DNA from: Phoronis australis
Lineage: Eukaryota > Animalia > Phoronida
Assembly: GCA_002633005.1 (NCBI GenBank)
Contig: NMRA01000124.1
Location: 389,814 to 453,813, forward strand
DNA: 64,000 bases
Reading direction: 5' to 3'
Part shown: in pieces, positions 1 through 14,800 of the stretch
Numbering within the stretch: position 1 is the stretch's first letter
Layout: every line of letters begins with the position of its first letter
Position numbers and translations under genes: made by a program
The notes under the pieces: model-generated
Databases searched by the model: none
What the model was told of the DNA's origin: nothing
What the model saw: the letters and a program-made list of their open reading frames with translations, nothing else

Positions 1-146
1 CCCCCCTAAATCCGCCTATGTAGAAGTACAAAAATCATGTGACCATCCAGTAAAATGTGGTCCCGAGACGGGCATCAGGAAAACGAAGTTGGATTATTCC
101 AAACTGTTATTATTTGATATTGCTGCTTTATAAAACCGAACGATAT

Positions 147-309
147 CATGGGCGGATCCAGGATTTTGAGTTGGGGGAGGGGGCAGGGCAAAGTATTAGC
201 CAGGATTTTGCCCGTCAGACATTCGAGCCCCCGAACTTCCCAATGGAATCTTGGAGAATTTTAGGGGGGAGCCATGACCCCCTTGGCCCCCTCTCTAAAT
301 CCGCCACTG
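147..309. mobile_element. MITE, CAGGGGCGGATCC...ATCCGCCACTG family
   Basis: Imperfect TIRs catgggcggatcc / aaatccgccactg flanked by GATAT on both sides. The end of another copy occupies 1-20. Confidence 0.7.
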
Positions 310-2873
310 GATATTGCCGAGGGATAAAAGCTAGTTTTTGGTAGTCAGTGCAGAATGGTATCGAAAAGACTTCTTCTAATCATCACTTTTGTGAGACAGA
401 TGGACGAAATGCTGTGGCATTTGCGCCTGTTTAGCAACAAAACTGCCGGACTGTTTCAAATTAAACTCTGGGTGTACGCATTTAGAACAGAATTAAAATT
501 ATTTTCAAATTTTATTTACTTTTAACAACTTAAGTCATTCCATAGATAAAACTGCGCAAACATGCATTTTTGTTTCTCGTGGTAACATTAAAGATCATTT
601 CGCAAAATCCAATAATATTCTTATTTGCCCTTTAAAAACCTATAGTCAATGATAATAACTCGCGCAAAGTTTACTATATAAACGATTTTTTTAGATTTAG
701 CTGCTGCGTGATGCTTAATAGTATAACATAGAGATACTTATTCTAACCCAGTGTATATATCGATCTGAGCGATTTACCAAACGCATGGATTTTAACCTTA
801 CCTTTCCTTCTCTTTAGCTCTCGGCTAAACCAAACATGACCAGTTACCCCTACAAATAGGGTCTAGGCATTGTGAATGATTGTTTTATTTGTAGACATGG
901 CCGTCGGCCCAATGCACAACATACACACAAAACAAGTGTTATGCACACTTGTCAGCCGAGCAGCGCAAAAAGTAATCGGCTTCTTGAGGCATAATATTCA
1001 CAATCCACATCAGAAATTTTTATAACATGATTTATACACACGCTCTCACTCAAAAACTTAGCTCTGGTTTCAGAGAAGCGTCCCAAACTGACAAAGTGGT
1101 ATTCCTACTGGACAGGCCTACCATTCAGCGAGCACAATACATAAACATTTTTCTATACATTCCACATGTAGATGGCGGCCAATTTCCAATTAAAGCCAGC
1201 GAAGACGTGTGAAACGTTGCACAAACAAACTTGGAAGACAATCAATAGTTTTCAAGTTGAAATAGCACCTTAGCGTTTTAATAGTGTTTTAACTTAAAGA
1301 GTTAGAAACAATATCGCGCTGCCATCTTTGCAAAGCACAGTCTACACGTTGTTAGAAAATATGTATATGAACATGTACAAACGACTCTGGGCACGCTACT
1401 CCCCGGCTCAGCCAAATATCAGAGAAACCTTACATTTACAAGGAGTTACGGACAAAGGATGTTCAGTTATACTTATGTCTCCCATTTTCGTCAAGCAATT
1501 ATATTAAGCGGCTCTTGTACATTCCTGCGGCATATTTATAATTTTAAACAAGTATTTAATACAACTAACAAAGTATTTCGTATTCAGGGGATATCTGCCA
1601 CATTCACCCAAAACTACAGGGTTAGAGCAAGAGCAACCTGGACCTAAAGTAATATTACAAATATTACAACATTTTTTCTGAACTCTTGTCTTTGAAAACC
1701 CAAGCTTCGGTGCCATTATATTATGCAGGATGCGCATTATTAAATAAGTATAAGGCAAGTGGCGGTGACATGTTGCGACGTCTGATTTGCATTTTCAAAT
1801 CGTGTGACGCAGCTTTATTTGCTTGACAAGAGAGAGTTTTCGTCGCTTTCGACCATGACAATTTGGGCATAATGAAAATACCAAGAAATTAATTAGATAC
1901 AGTGTATCACAATTACCATCTCTCATAGAGGCTTGTAACGCGAAAAACATACTAAATCATGATTGAGCAATTCAAAAGTGATTCTCTACACATGAAACTG
2001 AATTTAACTTGTTCACCAGATATTTTTTACTGTTTTTCCGTAAAGACCTTGAATTTCTGTTGATGACAAAGCATTTTTCTCTTGGTTTCAAATTTAAAAA
2101 AGACCTGCCAATTATCGTTGGACAAATAGGTAAACGCTCCCACGTAAATTACGGGTCTTGACGTATTGAACCTGTTTAAATAACTGATAGGTTAAGAGTT
2201 TTTAGAGTTATAAGCATGCTAGTTTAACTGCCATTAAATTTGATAGTCCAGAGATACTGTTCTGTAGTTAAGATATTCTTTAACCCCCTTTTCACAATAG
2301 GGTTATGAATACTTTATGTCTTGGAAAAGTGTGAAGTTCCACTATAAGCATAAATATCAATTTGATACTACATATGATATATCTATACCATGTATTTGTA
2401 TGACCAGTTATTTAATAAATCCCCCGATTACCATTAATCGAGGTCGTTAACTGGTATGGACATTTTTTACCAAAACTTTGGTTTTGAAAAAGTGACTTAG
2501 AATGTCTTCATAGATATTGAGTTTCCTTTTCAGTTGGATTGATTTCTCCCCTTTAACTGCGACAGGGTCCCGTGTTTGTCAATTATCTGGCTTTTGATTG
2601 ACAGTAATAGCATCAATCAGCACATCAGGTATTCACGAGTACATTATGCCAATTTGGGATTCCCAAATTAACGTTACGTTGACTTTGTAGCTAAGAAAAC
2701 AAACAAACACGTAATTAATTTTACGTAATTGATTCCCAGCTCGGAAACAACAGAACCAAATTTGCAATTCGCTATGTAGCGCTTGTCAATCAATCAATGT
2801 TTTCGTAGACAACGGGGACTGACATTATAGAAGACGGCGAACTTTCAGTAAGACTAGATTTCACGAGTCAGAG

Positions 2874-5800
2874 ATGTATGTACCACTCTTACTCTATCTA
2901 ACCGGAATTCAAAGTTTGGCTGACGCCAGAAAATTCACAGTCGGTGTCTTAATTCCGACAACAGGCCCGTGGCCGATCGGGCGACAATCGGCCAGTGCGG
3001 CACTGATCGCAAGAGACGCTATAAACAGTGACCCCACATTGACTATGCTTCGCCGGGATAACCACACTGTTGATTTTGTGTGGAGGGACACTAAATGTGA
3101 TGCAAGTACTGGCCTTAAACATATCGTAGATATCTGGTCCAACAAAGGTGCAGACGCTCTGATTGGTAAGTTGATCACTTAGTCATCTTGTGTTGAGATA
3201 ACAAGCATGTACACGGTGGCGGTTTACGGAGACGTAGGCTGCTCAAAAACAAAAAAAAATACAAATTGAGGAAGTTTTAGATAAAGTTTCCAACTCAAAC
3301 GTTTGAGAGCACTCGCTTGAGGAGACGTGTTTACAGAAATTTTCAAACTACTGTGAGGATAACAGGTTTATATTTGATATTCGACGTGCTTACGGCCATA
3401 CATCTGGGCCTGGGGTGTGATCTTCATCAAAATTATTTTTGGCATTTTCCATTCTACATTTGTGCGAACTCAAGATTAGTGTATAGCATTTTGTACTCCA
3501 ATGGCTTGTATGAATAATTGTCTAATCCTAGCTTGCACTTGATGATCCAGGTATTAAGGCTAAACGCGCAAGTGTGAACTCGAAATCCCTAGTTTTTGCT
3601 CAAATCTGGGGGTCATCAATTGCGAATTTGGACTACAAACTCATTTGCATAAACCGTAATGGACTCGAGCACAGAATAACAGAAACATATCTTGAGTTCA
3701 CAAAAATATAGAATATAATATGCCAAAGATAATTTCTTGTTCCATTTCGACTGCAAAGATTATACCCTGGGTCCTGCTAAAAGCTGTTGTGACCTACATG
3801 TTTCAAGTTATTTCCAGATAAGCACTTTGATTTTGAGGGTAAGTGTCCCCTTTATTTCTTTCCCAAAAATCAACAAAGAATATTGTAATAGAAAACGTCC
3901 AGTTGATGTACAGTCATAGAGAATCCCACACGAGTCTCAAGTTTCTGACATATGGGCAAAACCTACTGGAAATTTCGTCAAAATCCCGCCGCCGAAGATG
4001 GGTCCGTTTAAAAAGTTGTTTGCATGTCCTTTCGATTGGGAGTACGTACAGTTGCGACACCCGATTTGTCAGTCATAACCCGGCTCGCCACCTTCTTGGA
4101 ATTCCGGCATTTTTAATTGGCGCGCGTTTGGTTGTTTTATTGTTTTGCAGACGATAAAGCGCAAGGCGTATGCATTTCTACTTTGCACTACTTTGTGATT
4201 CGCCCATGTAATATCAAAAAATTACGTACTCGGTGTTATTAACCAGTCGTGTCGTAACACATTCCAGGTCATGTGAGAAATATTTCTCTCAGTTCTAATG
4301 GGCCGGACCTTTCCAGAACATGGACGTTTAAGCTGACGACTGTGTTGGCAGGTCAACAATTAATAACTTAAGATAAAAAGAATGTACTTGTCGCGGTTTG
4401 TTAAACTAAAAATAACACATTCAATCCAATAAAAATATAACCACAAATTATCCATGAAATATTATAATTGGTCATTTAATAGAAACCATCTTGACGCTGT
4501 CTATTAAAAAATATACACAATTAATCAAGATGTTTTGTTTGGCTATTGCTTTCTACTGAGTTTCTATTGGTTTACCAGATGACCTTGTGCAAGAACCTAC
4601 ACGAGCACAGTCAAGCATTAAAACCAGTATTTAAGTAACTTAATAGGGTCGAAATTATTTAATAAGTGAAATGGAAATAACATTGATTATCTTGAGACGA
4701 ATAAACTCATTTGTTGCTCAAAATACATGCATGCTAAACATAAATTATAAGTTAAAGTTGTATTGAAGATGCAGTTCGTCCTGTTAAGCGGGCTCAAAAT
4801 AAAAATCGAATGAGGTCTTTTAGACACATAAAACCGGTCTTGCGAAATTTTTACCGTGATAGGATTCTGTTTCCGTTACCAGCAAGAACATGGAAGCCAC
4901 CAGTGTGACTAAATAACACTTGAATCGGAGTTTATTGGGGTTGGCCAACCCTAAGATAGAGAATTCGAAAATGGCGCCCTCATTCGACGGTAATTCAAGA
5001 TCGGGTGAGCGTGGTAATGTTCTTCGGTTAAGAATTCAGAATTGAAAGCTAAACGTGCGAAAATGAAGCTTAAGGGCAAAATGTCAATATTTGGCCTCCG
5101 AGGTTTTCAAAGCTTCAGTCTTCCTATATGAATGGTGCCACTTTTGTTTCTGCAGGACCAGCATGTGACGCCATATGCGAACCTGGTGCACTCCTGGCGG
5201 CCGCATGGGAAATCCCCATGATTAGTTACGGGTGCATTTCCACAGTTTTAAGTGACAAAGGCACTTATCCAACATTTGCAAGGACGCTGCCCCCGAGCGA
5301 AAATTTGGACAGCATAATTTATGCTATCGCCACGCACTACAACTGGACGCGTATCGCCCTGGTACCATCAGCTGCCTACCACTGGACTTTGACGGCCGTT
5401 TTCCTCCAGGTAACCCATAGTTGTCTAAAATCTCTCACTATGACCATTCAATGGCGTTCAAACGACACGAATAATTTTATCCACAAAAAATTATAGCGAC
5501 GAGTACCTTTCAAGGAAACTCATCAACAGGCAGAATTTACAAACAAAATTTTCAAGTCGAACTGGAATTTGCCATACTTTAAAAAGTATTTTAGCATATT
5601 TTTAGAATCGAGGGTGTCTAAACCTTGTGTTCTACTTGTTGTCTTCCTTGTATTTTGTTTCTGGCGTTTATCAAAGAATTAACTTACGTCCATAAACGCG
5701 TTTTCTAGATCATTTCTATCTCCTTTAACATGACAGAAAATCTGAGACATTACGGATTCTTTGTTTTAACAGGATTCGTTGGAATCCTGGGGCCTTGACG

Positions 5801-8800
5801 TCACGTACGTCAGCATGTTTGAGGGTCAAATTAAGGAGACCCACTCGACCAGAACGGGCAAGTCTCACACTCAAGTGTTGAGCGAAGTCAAAGAGAAAGT
5901 GAGAGGTGAGTGCCGGAGCGGACCCAAAACTTTGCCAAAGGTGACCAATGAGGATACTGAAGCGCCTATAAAATACATTCACCGACCGCCCAGAGTTGTT
6001 TATAGCATATGTCGAAGGACTGAGTTTCATATCAAACCGTGGCCTTAAAAAATTTTCTGAATGAAAATTTCTCAAGTTTTTAAACAGTTCAAATAAAATC
6101 TCCAAACGTTGTTTTAGTGTCCCTCCACACCGCGTTCAGGCACTATGATGAGAGGACAATAGAATTACAAATTCAGGCTCCTATTTTAGTGGTTTGTATA
6201 GGTGTCCGTATAACAGCTGCTCACCTTCTTTAGTGTTCTTCCTGCTGTGTTACCCTGGAGACGCGCGCGACTTCATGATTCACGCCGACGAGTTGGAAAT
6301 GTTGAACGGAGATTACGCGTTTTTCACCACCGAAATGGTATACTCGTCTTTCCAAGGCGTTCAAACCTGGCAGGGAAATGACGGCAAAGACGAACAAGCG
6401 AAGCAGGCACTTGAAGGTAGTCAATTTGTAAAAAAATAATCAGGATGCGCCAGAGAAAGTACGTGCATTTTATTGAAAGTTGTTATCCATTTGTTTCACC
6501 ACTATCCACAATCTTTTAAACAAATTCTTCAAAAGTAATTTTCATTCGTTTTCGAAAAGACTATTGTTACAGTTTAGTTTTCAAAAACAAAATTAACACT
6601 TAGTCTTAATTCTTTACAGCCTAAATGTTTAGAATTAGTGCCATGGCATGATGACTTGAACATCAACATACAAGGCAATTTGTTATTAGATTTATGCTTT
6701 GGAAATTTACGAATCACCAATCGACAACTGTATTACCTTGCAGGTACGATCGACATCACTGTTTACGAGCCCAAACACCAGGGTGCGTATGCAAATTTTA
6801 TCACTGACGTCAAACGTCGAATGTCGGAACATCCGTTTTATATAGATTTCCCTCCAGGAGAAGGGGTAAGAGTTTTAACGAGTGGTTGTAATTTTCCAGA
6901 TCCTTTATAAGATACTCTATTGCCTATACCAAGCGCCACAAATATCTCACAAATATACCGGAGCCAAAATAAACTGTTTGACTCGCAATTTTACGGCTCA
7001 CAATTTAAAGATCAGTTTCATCGTGATGTATTCTCAGTGTTTAGAAACAATTCCGGCTACACCTCACATCACAATTCAAAACTTACTGATATGTAATATA
7101 TAATCATATTCTTTTTCAAATTAATATTATTTTGTGACGTATGATAAATCACTGGGTAGTCACTTTAGCAAACTTCAGAATTTATGGCGGGTGGATCTAA
7201 CGACTAAGTATTTAGAGACACGGAATTGAGAAAAGAGATTTAATTGGCAGCGCATTGCGTTTATACTCATGCTGACTTGGTTTGTTTCTGTATGGCGCGC
7301 GAATTCTCGACGACAAGATTTTTGCATGACATAATCGCAACTTTTTGAAATCTTGAGCATAGCGGTCATTGCTACACGTTCCCTACCGGAAATTTCCCTC
7401 GCTGTTGCGATTTGCGGTTCCTGCCAGTCATGCACAGCTAAGGCGGACCGTGAATGGGGGGAGGGGGGCACACCGAGAGGGAACGGCATCTACATGGGGT
7501 GGGGGGGGAGAGAAAATGAAATTGGCGGCTACCAGGAGAAAGAGGCGGCACAACAAAAATTGTTCGTTTTTCTTTTCAATGCTGCAAATCGTGGTCATCC
7601 TCCTGGGACTGGATATTCTTTTCCGGTGTGGTATGAACTGAACGTTTGTTATATTTTTGGGTGAAGTGGTCGAGTGCCTTACATAATTTCTGTTTTAAGT
7701 AATTATGAAAAAAGGAATTCCCATTTAAAATTTTAAACTGTGTTTTCTTTTCATGAATAGTGATCAATCTTGTAATATACCTGCGTCTCAAAACTGTGGA
7801 AGGCATTTGAATAAGAATAACTCCATAAATAGATGGTGTAAATCTAAACGCAACATAATCAAGGTGTGGGATATTTGAATCGAAAGACGTTTGAAAATTA
7901 CATTCTTTGAATGGACGCCATCGAGGCGAGAACACTCATTTGCTCTATTTCCCATGGAAGCCATTACGGTACCACACCTGAAATGTTACTCCGGGAAACA
8001 GCGTTTAAAAGTTTCGATAGATTGATATTTCTTAGTTTTAAGGTTATTTCAGCTTGTTGTTAGTCACGTGTGGATGTAGGAAGATGGTGCAACCTCTCGC
8101 ACGGCTGGTCAATTAAAACACCACTTCCCGAACCGCAACATCTCCCGTTTTGAAGACGTTCCCTGGTCCCCGCGCTCGCCAGACGTGATTCCAACAGATT
8201 TCTTTGTCTTGTGGGCACACTTATAAGAAAGAGTCTACTTATAAAAATCACGAACAACACCTGAGCATTGTTAGGACATCGGCTTAATGTATTAGGTGAT
8301 GTAATGGCTAATATGGCATATACAGCAACAGAGAATTTACGTGTTCATTTGTAGATTACGGCATTATTCAAACGCTAGGTGAATAAGCACTCCAACACCT
8401 CGATTATGCTGCAACAAGAAGTATTTAAATGCATCTTCTCTTTTTGGGTTGTTCATATTTGAAATGTGTCCTATAATTTTGAGGCACCTTATCCAATGTA
8501 TTTAGCTTACCGACGAACGAAACTTCTTTGTAGACGGACAGTCATGCTCCGTTGCTATATGACGCCATGATGTTGTACGCAGTGGCCCTGAATAAGACTA
8601 TAGCCGAAGTAGGAGACATTGAAAACGGCACTGAAGTCAGTAAACGCCTGTTCAACATATCTTTCAAAGGTAGGAACTAAATGGGACTATGCAACGAAGT
8701 TGTCCTTGACAGTTACGATAAATATGTTATGCTCAAGCAATTATTTGAAGTAAGGCCAAGCAAAATTGGTCATGTTTAAAGTCTCTGCAATGGGAACATT

Positions 8801-11800
8801 TTGGGCTTCAGTTGTTAAACCAATTTCGTGACCAACTGAACCACAGAGCCATTGTCACCCATTTGGCTTTAATAAAATTGAATCTCACAGCTTTTTTAGT
8901 GAAATCGACAGTCAATCCGAATAAAGATTTCCAATTATGGATTGCTTATTACCCAATCGCCTGTTTTTTGTTGGTGTAAATGGGACATTTCTTAGTTCGA
9001 GTTGGATTATTACAGTGGTTAGAGAGTTATTGGTATTGTATGTCTTTACTTTTCCATCCATATGGTTAACACGACTTCAACGCAACGTAAAAATGGGACG
9101 CAAATTTTGCAACCTGGAATTGTACAATTGTAATCAAATTGTTTAAGAAAAGTGTTCGATTTGAAAGTTAGAAATCTGTCTGTTATAGAAGACTTTCTAT
9201 TCACACTAAGAACAAAGTCTCCACAAAACCGTGATTCTGAGCTTTCATGTTAACGCTTACGTTTATTGGCTACTACAGTGCGGATGGCCGCATTGACCAC
9301 GAAGTGCAACGAAAGTAGAAACTGGCTCCAAAAATAAAATTCTGTGGAAAAGACTATTGAACATTCTATTCTAATGAACTTAATCGTATTGTTGTTTAAT
9401 TTGATGTTTGTATCTGATACGACTTGGATAGATAAACACAGAAAATGACGGAGCCGTAATGCCAGTACTAAGCTTTGATGTTACGATACAGGTGTTAACG
9501 GAAAACAGATTGTAATTGATCACAATGGCAACCGGTACCCGAATTACAATCTGAAGAATGTCGTCAACGGTTACTTTGTCGAAGTTGGAACATATAACGT
9601 TTCGTAAGTTTGCAGTCAGCAACCTAACCATAAATTTAGATGCATTGCATGGTGTAAGCCGATCTTCAATCCTGTGGTCTAGAGTCACGAAAGAGCTGCT
9701 TTCTCACTCACGTGTGACTGGATACTTTCTTGACGCTCTCGTCTCGTTTCCATATTGTCTTTCTTGGCATTTATAGCAAGTAGTTGAACTCAACCACAGT
9801 ACTGAATATCGCAATATACACAGTAGTGGGTAGAGTAGAAGATAGTCAAACAAGCGGTTTTGACTCTATTTAAATTTGTTATGTCAAAACAGGGATATAC
9901 GAAGACGACGAAATAATTGACATAAATGGCAACCACTTCCCAAATTATGTCATGAAGAACGTGGTGAACGGCCACTTTGAGGAAGTTGGGATTTACAACG
10001 TTTCGTAAGTCAGGCGATGCTCACAAACTTGCAGTTAATCTATGCTTGTTGTGGCTTTCTACCATGTATTAGTTACCATTTGAACTATTATCCAGTCGAT
10101 ATTCATAGATTTGCTTTTGCACATCATTACCTTCCGTGATCAGAACATTGTTACGCATTTATCCTAACAACCTTACGGAATCAAATGTGATAAAATGAGA
10201 GGCTCAGTCTCTGGCACTGTAAACGCGAGTCCACTTCACAATACTCATGACGTGTATTGCCGTGACGTTTTCCTGCCTAACCTCAAATGGTCTGTTTCTG
10301 TCAGAAAATACTTCAAGATGTATGTTTGAGAAAAAATTGTCATCTCTGATTTGGAAATGAAAGTTTCTTAAATTTGGCATTGTAATTTGACGCTTGAACT
10401 GAAGGGTGTAGATCACAACTTACATGCCGGAGAAATAGATACAACACTGATTTGACGTGACCTCAAACTTTTAGTCTTGTTTGGTATCCAAAGCTTCTTT
10501 TGCATGGTCTCTTTGAAAACAGAAAGCAAATACAGTAGAGATAAATCGCAAGTTCTGACATGGCCGATTACCATTCCACTTGATGATAGAGTTGGTGTCA
10601 TATGTGTGATGCAAAAACAACTGTGTTAAAGGCGAACCGATTGTTATCACTGGAATCAAAATTCAATTCAATTGTATTACTATGGAAACTAAAAAACTTG
10701 CAAGCTTGTTACGCATCACCTGGCAACTGATTTGTTTATTTTAAGTTGTTATAGTTAAAGTGCTGACTACTTTAGAAGGAAATTTCTTATCGTAAAGTTC
10801 TCGATCTTTCAGAATTCAAATGAAAGTCCGGAGTTCAATTCTTGTGCTCGAAGTCGAACTCGAATATATTTTTGACATTTTCTGTTCTACTTTCGTGCGA
10901 AATCAACCTATGTACTTTTTATTTTTGGTTAGAATATATTACGTTTTGCGTGGATGACTGTCTATTCTTTGTTTGTACTTGTTGAACGCAGCATTAAAGC
11001 TACAAAGTCCGAATCTGAACTCCAAGTTTCAGAGCTTTTATTCGAAATCTCGAATTGTTACTACAATTTGCAGCTCAACGAGTGGAAACTTGGCTAGACA
11101 CTGTCAAAACCAGGTTCAAATCGTACGCGCGCATGGTGGATGCACAAAATATACTCTTTAGGGATGGCGAGAAACTTCATATTCAGAAAATATTGTGGGA
11201 TAGCGCTGACCCCGACCACTACAGCCAACAAACATTGATCTACGATCAACAAAGGCCGCTTCATTTTGATAGTATTTCAATCAACCGGCCGCCCTGTTTA
11301 TCAAAACTGATAGCATCTATCCAAAATCAACTGCTACCTTACCGATCGCGCGTCTATTAAGACTTTCTGTCTTCTGGATTGGGAGCTGTACTTCACGGTA
11401 TCCCACGAATCTGTGCTCTGAAATGAGCACGCATAGATTTTGCTACTCTTGAGGGGTTATTTGTCAATACTCTTCCTTGTGTCTTCCCTTTCTTCAAAAA
11501 GTGTCTTCATTTTCTTCAAAAATTTATTTGTTTTGTAATTCAAGACTTAGGCTTTTGGGCACAGACAAGAAAATAACTACTTTGAAATCATGAATTTCGC
11601 CATTACCCACTTTGTCAAATCATGAGACAACCTCTGGCGCTGGAGTTTCTGACTAAATTTTAACTCTGAGAATCTTTTATGACATTAATCTAAGCATATG
11701 AATGTACTTTGAATGTGGATGTGAGCACGGAATATTGTATTTGTTTAGTGGCAGCGACAATAACCGACTGCGGATTACTGATAATATCATATTGTGGCCA

Positions 11801-14800
11801 GGGGGAGGTCGGAATCCACCCCTGGGTCGACCAAGATGTGGGTGGCAAGGAGAATACTGTTTAGTACAAGACAATTCACAAAGTGAGTAATGGGTCTTCA
11901 ATATAACTTTTTAACTAGGTTTCTTTGTTATAAGTAAACACTTCATCATTTTGGAATTCATCATGAGTGTTTCGATTTTGTAAAGCAAAATACGTTAATC
12001 TGTATACCATCAGGTGACAGTAAGTTGATCGAATGAGAAACTGTTTAAACAGCGTCTGTTTAAAAAGATGCACACTCTTTATGAACAGATATTAGAACGA
12101 CTTTCCTACCCAGTGATATGAAACGAAATAATATTGTGTAACCCTACAAAGTCCGCCACACAGACAATCGCGTCCCATGCTTTAGGCTAGTTACGCGACA
12201 ACTACAGTGCAAGACCACTCATTAAGAACCATTATATCATTTTTGTGCAAGTATGTGACTCTTAGTTAAATCTCTCTTTTATCACTTAAGTGAGTCGCTA
12301 ATGGTGCTAGTTGGAGGGACAGAACGAGGATTGGTTGAAATCACCAAAACAGGGTTTAATGTCAGGGGCGGATCCATGATTTTGAGTTAGGGGGGGGCAG
12401 AGCACAGGAATAAGCAGCATTTCGGCAGGTGCGCGCGCTCAGCCTAAGATCTGGGATAAAGGGGTCTCGAAATCTAGGGTTTGCGTACCTGTTGACTAAA
12501 CAAAAACGGTAAACGGAGTTTATTCAGAGCCTATGCGTTGTTTATTCACCCCCCAAGCCGACCTAGTTGCGCGGATGTGCTAGTCAGCAATTCGCACCCG
12601 AACTCACAAATGGGATCTGGTAGAATTTTAGAGAAGGGGGGAATGGACCCCTTGGCCCCCCCTAAATCCGCCACTGAGTGTACTACTAAGGAAAAACGTA
12701 CTACTTAATACTCAAGTACGATCCAATGTGTCCCCTCCTTCACCAAAAGCACACTTTTAAACTGTCCCGCTTTCGGCGGGAACATTCAGGATTTTGAAGC
12801 TTTAAAACAAGAGCGTTTTGTCACGAGTTTTCCATAACGTTTTGCCTTGTTTCATTTTCCATGATTTTCGCCTGCGCGGAAACTATTATTTGTCATTTTC
12901 CATGGTGGGTGGGAACCAACGCTCCGTTCTGTAGACGCCAGAGACACGAGAAAAAAGCTAATGTGATCACGTCTTTCCTTTTAAAGCCTAGCAAAATCTC
13001 ACAAAAACTTGAGTGATTTGCATACAGCGAGTTCTTGCGTCTGTATAAGGTAGCCAAGGTAGTCCAGTAACCAACTACCTAATTAATGACGTTACTCAAA
13101 TTAAACCGAGTTTGTTTGTAGGTGAAACCGTAGCTATAGTAGTCGTACTGACGGTGGTCGTGTTCGGCGTTAGCATCTTCTCCATCGTGTTTACTCGGTA
13201 AGTATCTCTCCACGGGGTTAGCGGTAATATACGGAAATAGGCAAATGGGCACTATAAAATCACTACTTGCCACTTGGTAGTCTTCAATAGATCTTAATTT
13301 CTGCCATATAAGTCTTGAAAAATCACTGTCACACCACCCACGAAATCAACGGTGAACAGGTATATCTAAACCTCTCATTTGCACCCTTTCAACTATCAGT
13401 GTCACTATCGAAACAGTCTCCTTTTCCCAATCCTTGCGATGGCAACAAGAACATCGTGATGTCAAATATGAAAAATGAGAACCCCTTATTCTGGAACTAG
13501 CGGGATCAAAACTCCCTGCTAATGTTGCGTAGACTGGAAAAGAAATTGACAAGCTGCATTCCGTAGACCACAAGGCATTCGTTTGCATTTGCCCAAAAAT
13601 CTTCGTTGAGATGGAACAACTGAAGTCAGCCCCACAATTCAATGTTCCAACTTCACCGACCAATCACGAAACAGTCGCCTTTCACTCGCGTGAATTTATG
13701 TAGTTTTGCGAGATTTTGCGTTTCACTCAAGAAACTTGGAAGAAACGGAAACCCCTTCCATCCTCTCTTCTCAGAATGTAAATATTTACACATCTTTTCC
13801 CGTTACACAGAATTAAAAGCTGCACGTCCTCCATGTTTAGATGTCAATGTTGAATTCTTAACCGAGCTACTTGGGGGCTTAAAACATTACAATGCTTATC
13901 CGATCTTAAATTGCTGTTACATAAGCCGACAACACAAGCCACAGGCAATGTGTACATGCGGTATTTTTGGATCTGCACACCCTAATAAACTCTGAAGCGT
14001 TTTATTGAGTAGCTAATGGTTCGACGTTCTTGTTAGTAACGGAAATAGCATCCAATTAGGATAGGGGTTATTAAAAACTGGTTTTATGAGAGTGAAAGGC
14101 CTTATTTGTTTTTCGTTTTTTTTAGCTAGCAAAACGGGGCAATGTACACCTTTAACGAACATATGGTTTAGTTGAAAATGACAACTGAATGCTCCTTTTC
14201 ATAGGATGAGAAGAAAAGCCCTTCACAGCATGAACTGGAAGGTCAACTGGGTCGACATCCAAGTTGTCGACACAATAAAGAACAACACGATACAAACGTC
14301 TGGGTGGCATGGGAAATCGATTAAGACTAAAAGCTTCGTAGTGAGTGCACAGATGATATCACCTGATTTTTTTTACACTTTCCGATGCAAAAGTTAGCTA
14401 TCACCAGAGACCAGGTCTAAGCTCTGTACTTGAAATTCGACTCGAAATTGACCAGTTGCAGTGCACGTTTCGACTCGGAGTCTCGATCGAGTTCAGAGAT
14501 TAGACCCTGGTTACAGAAGATATTTGCTGTAATTACTACATGGATGTACAGTTTATAAATCAAAATGAATATCATGACAGTTTTAATACAAAACGACTAA
14601 CGTGTAATATGCTCTATTTTTCCTAATAGCAAAACGACGATTTTGGCGCCAATTTGAGCATATCGTCTGGCGACACTGTCGAAGACGAGAAAGACACTGA
14701 AAGGAAGACAGAAATGAAACAAGTGTTTGCGCCCGTTGGCCGATACAACGGACAATTGGTGGCTCTTCGTAAAGTTAACAAACCTTATGTACATGTCAGT

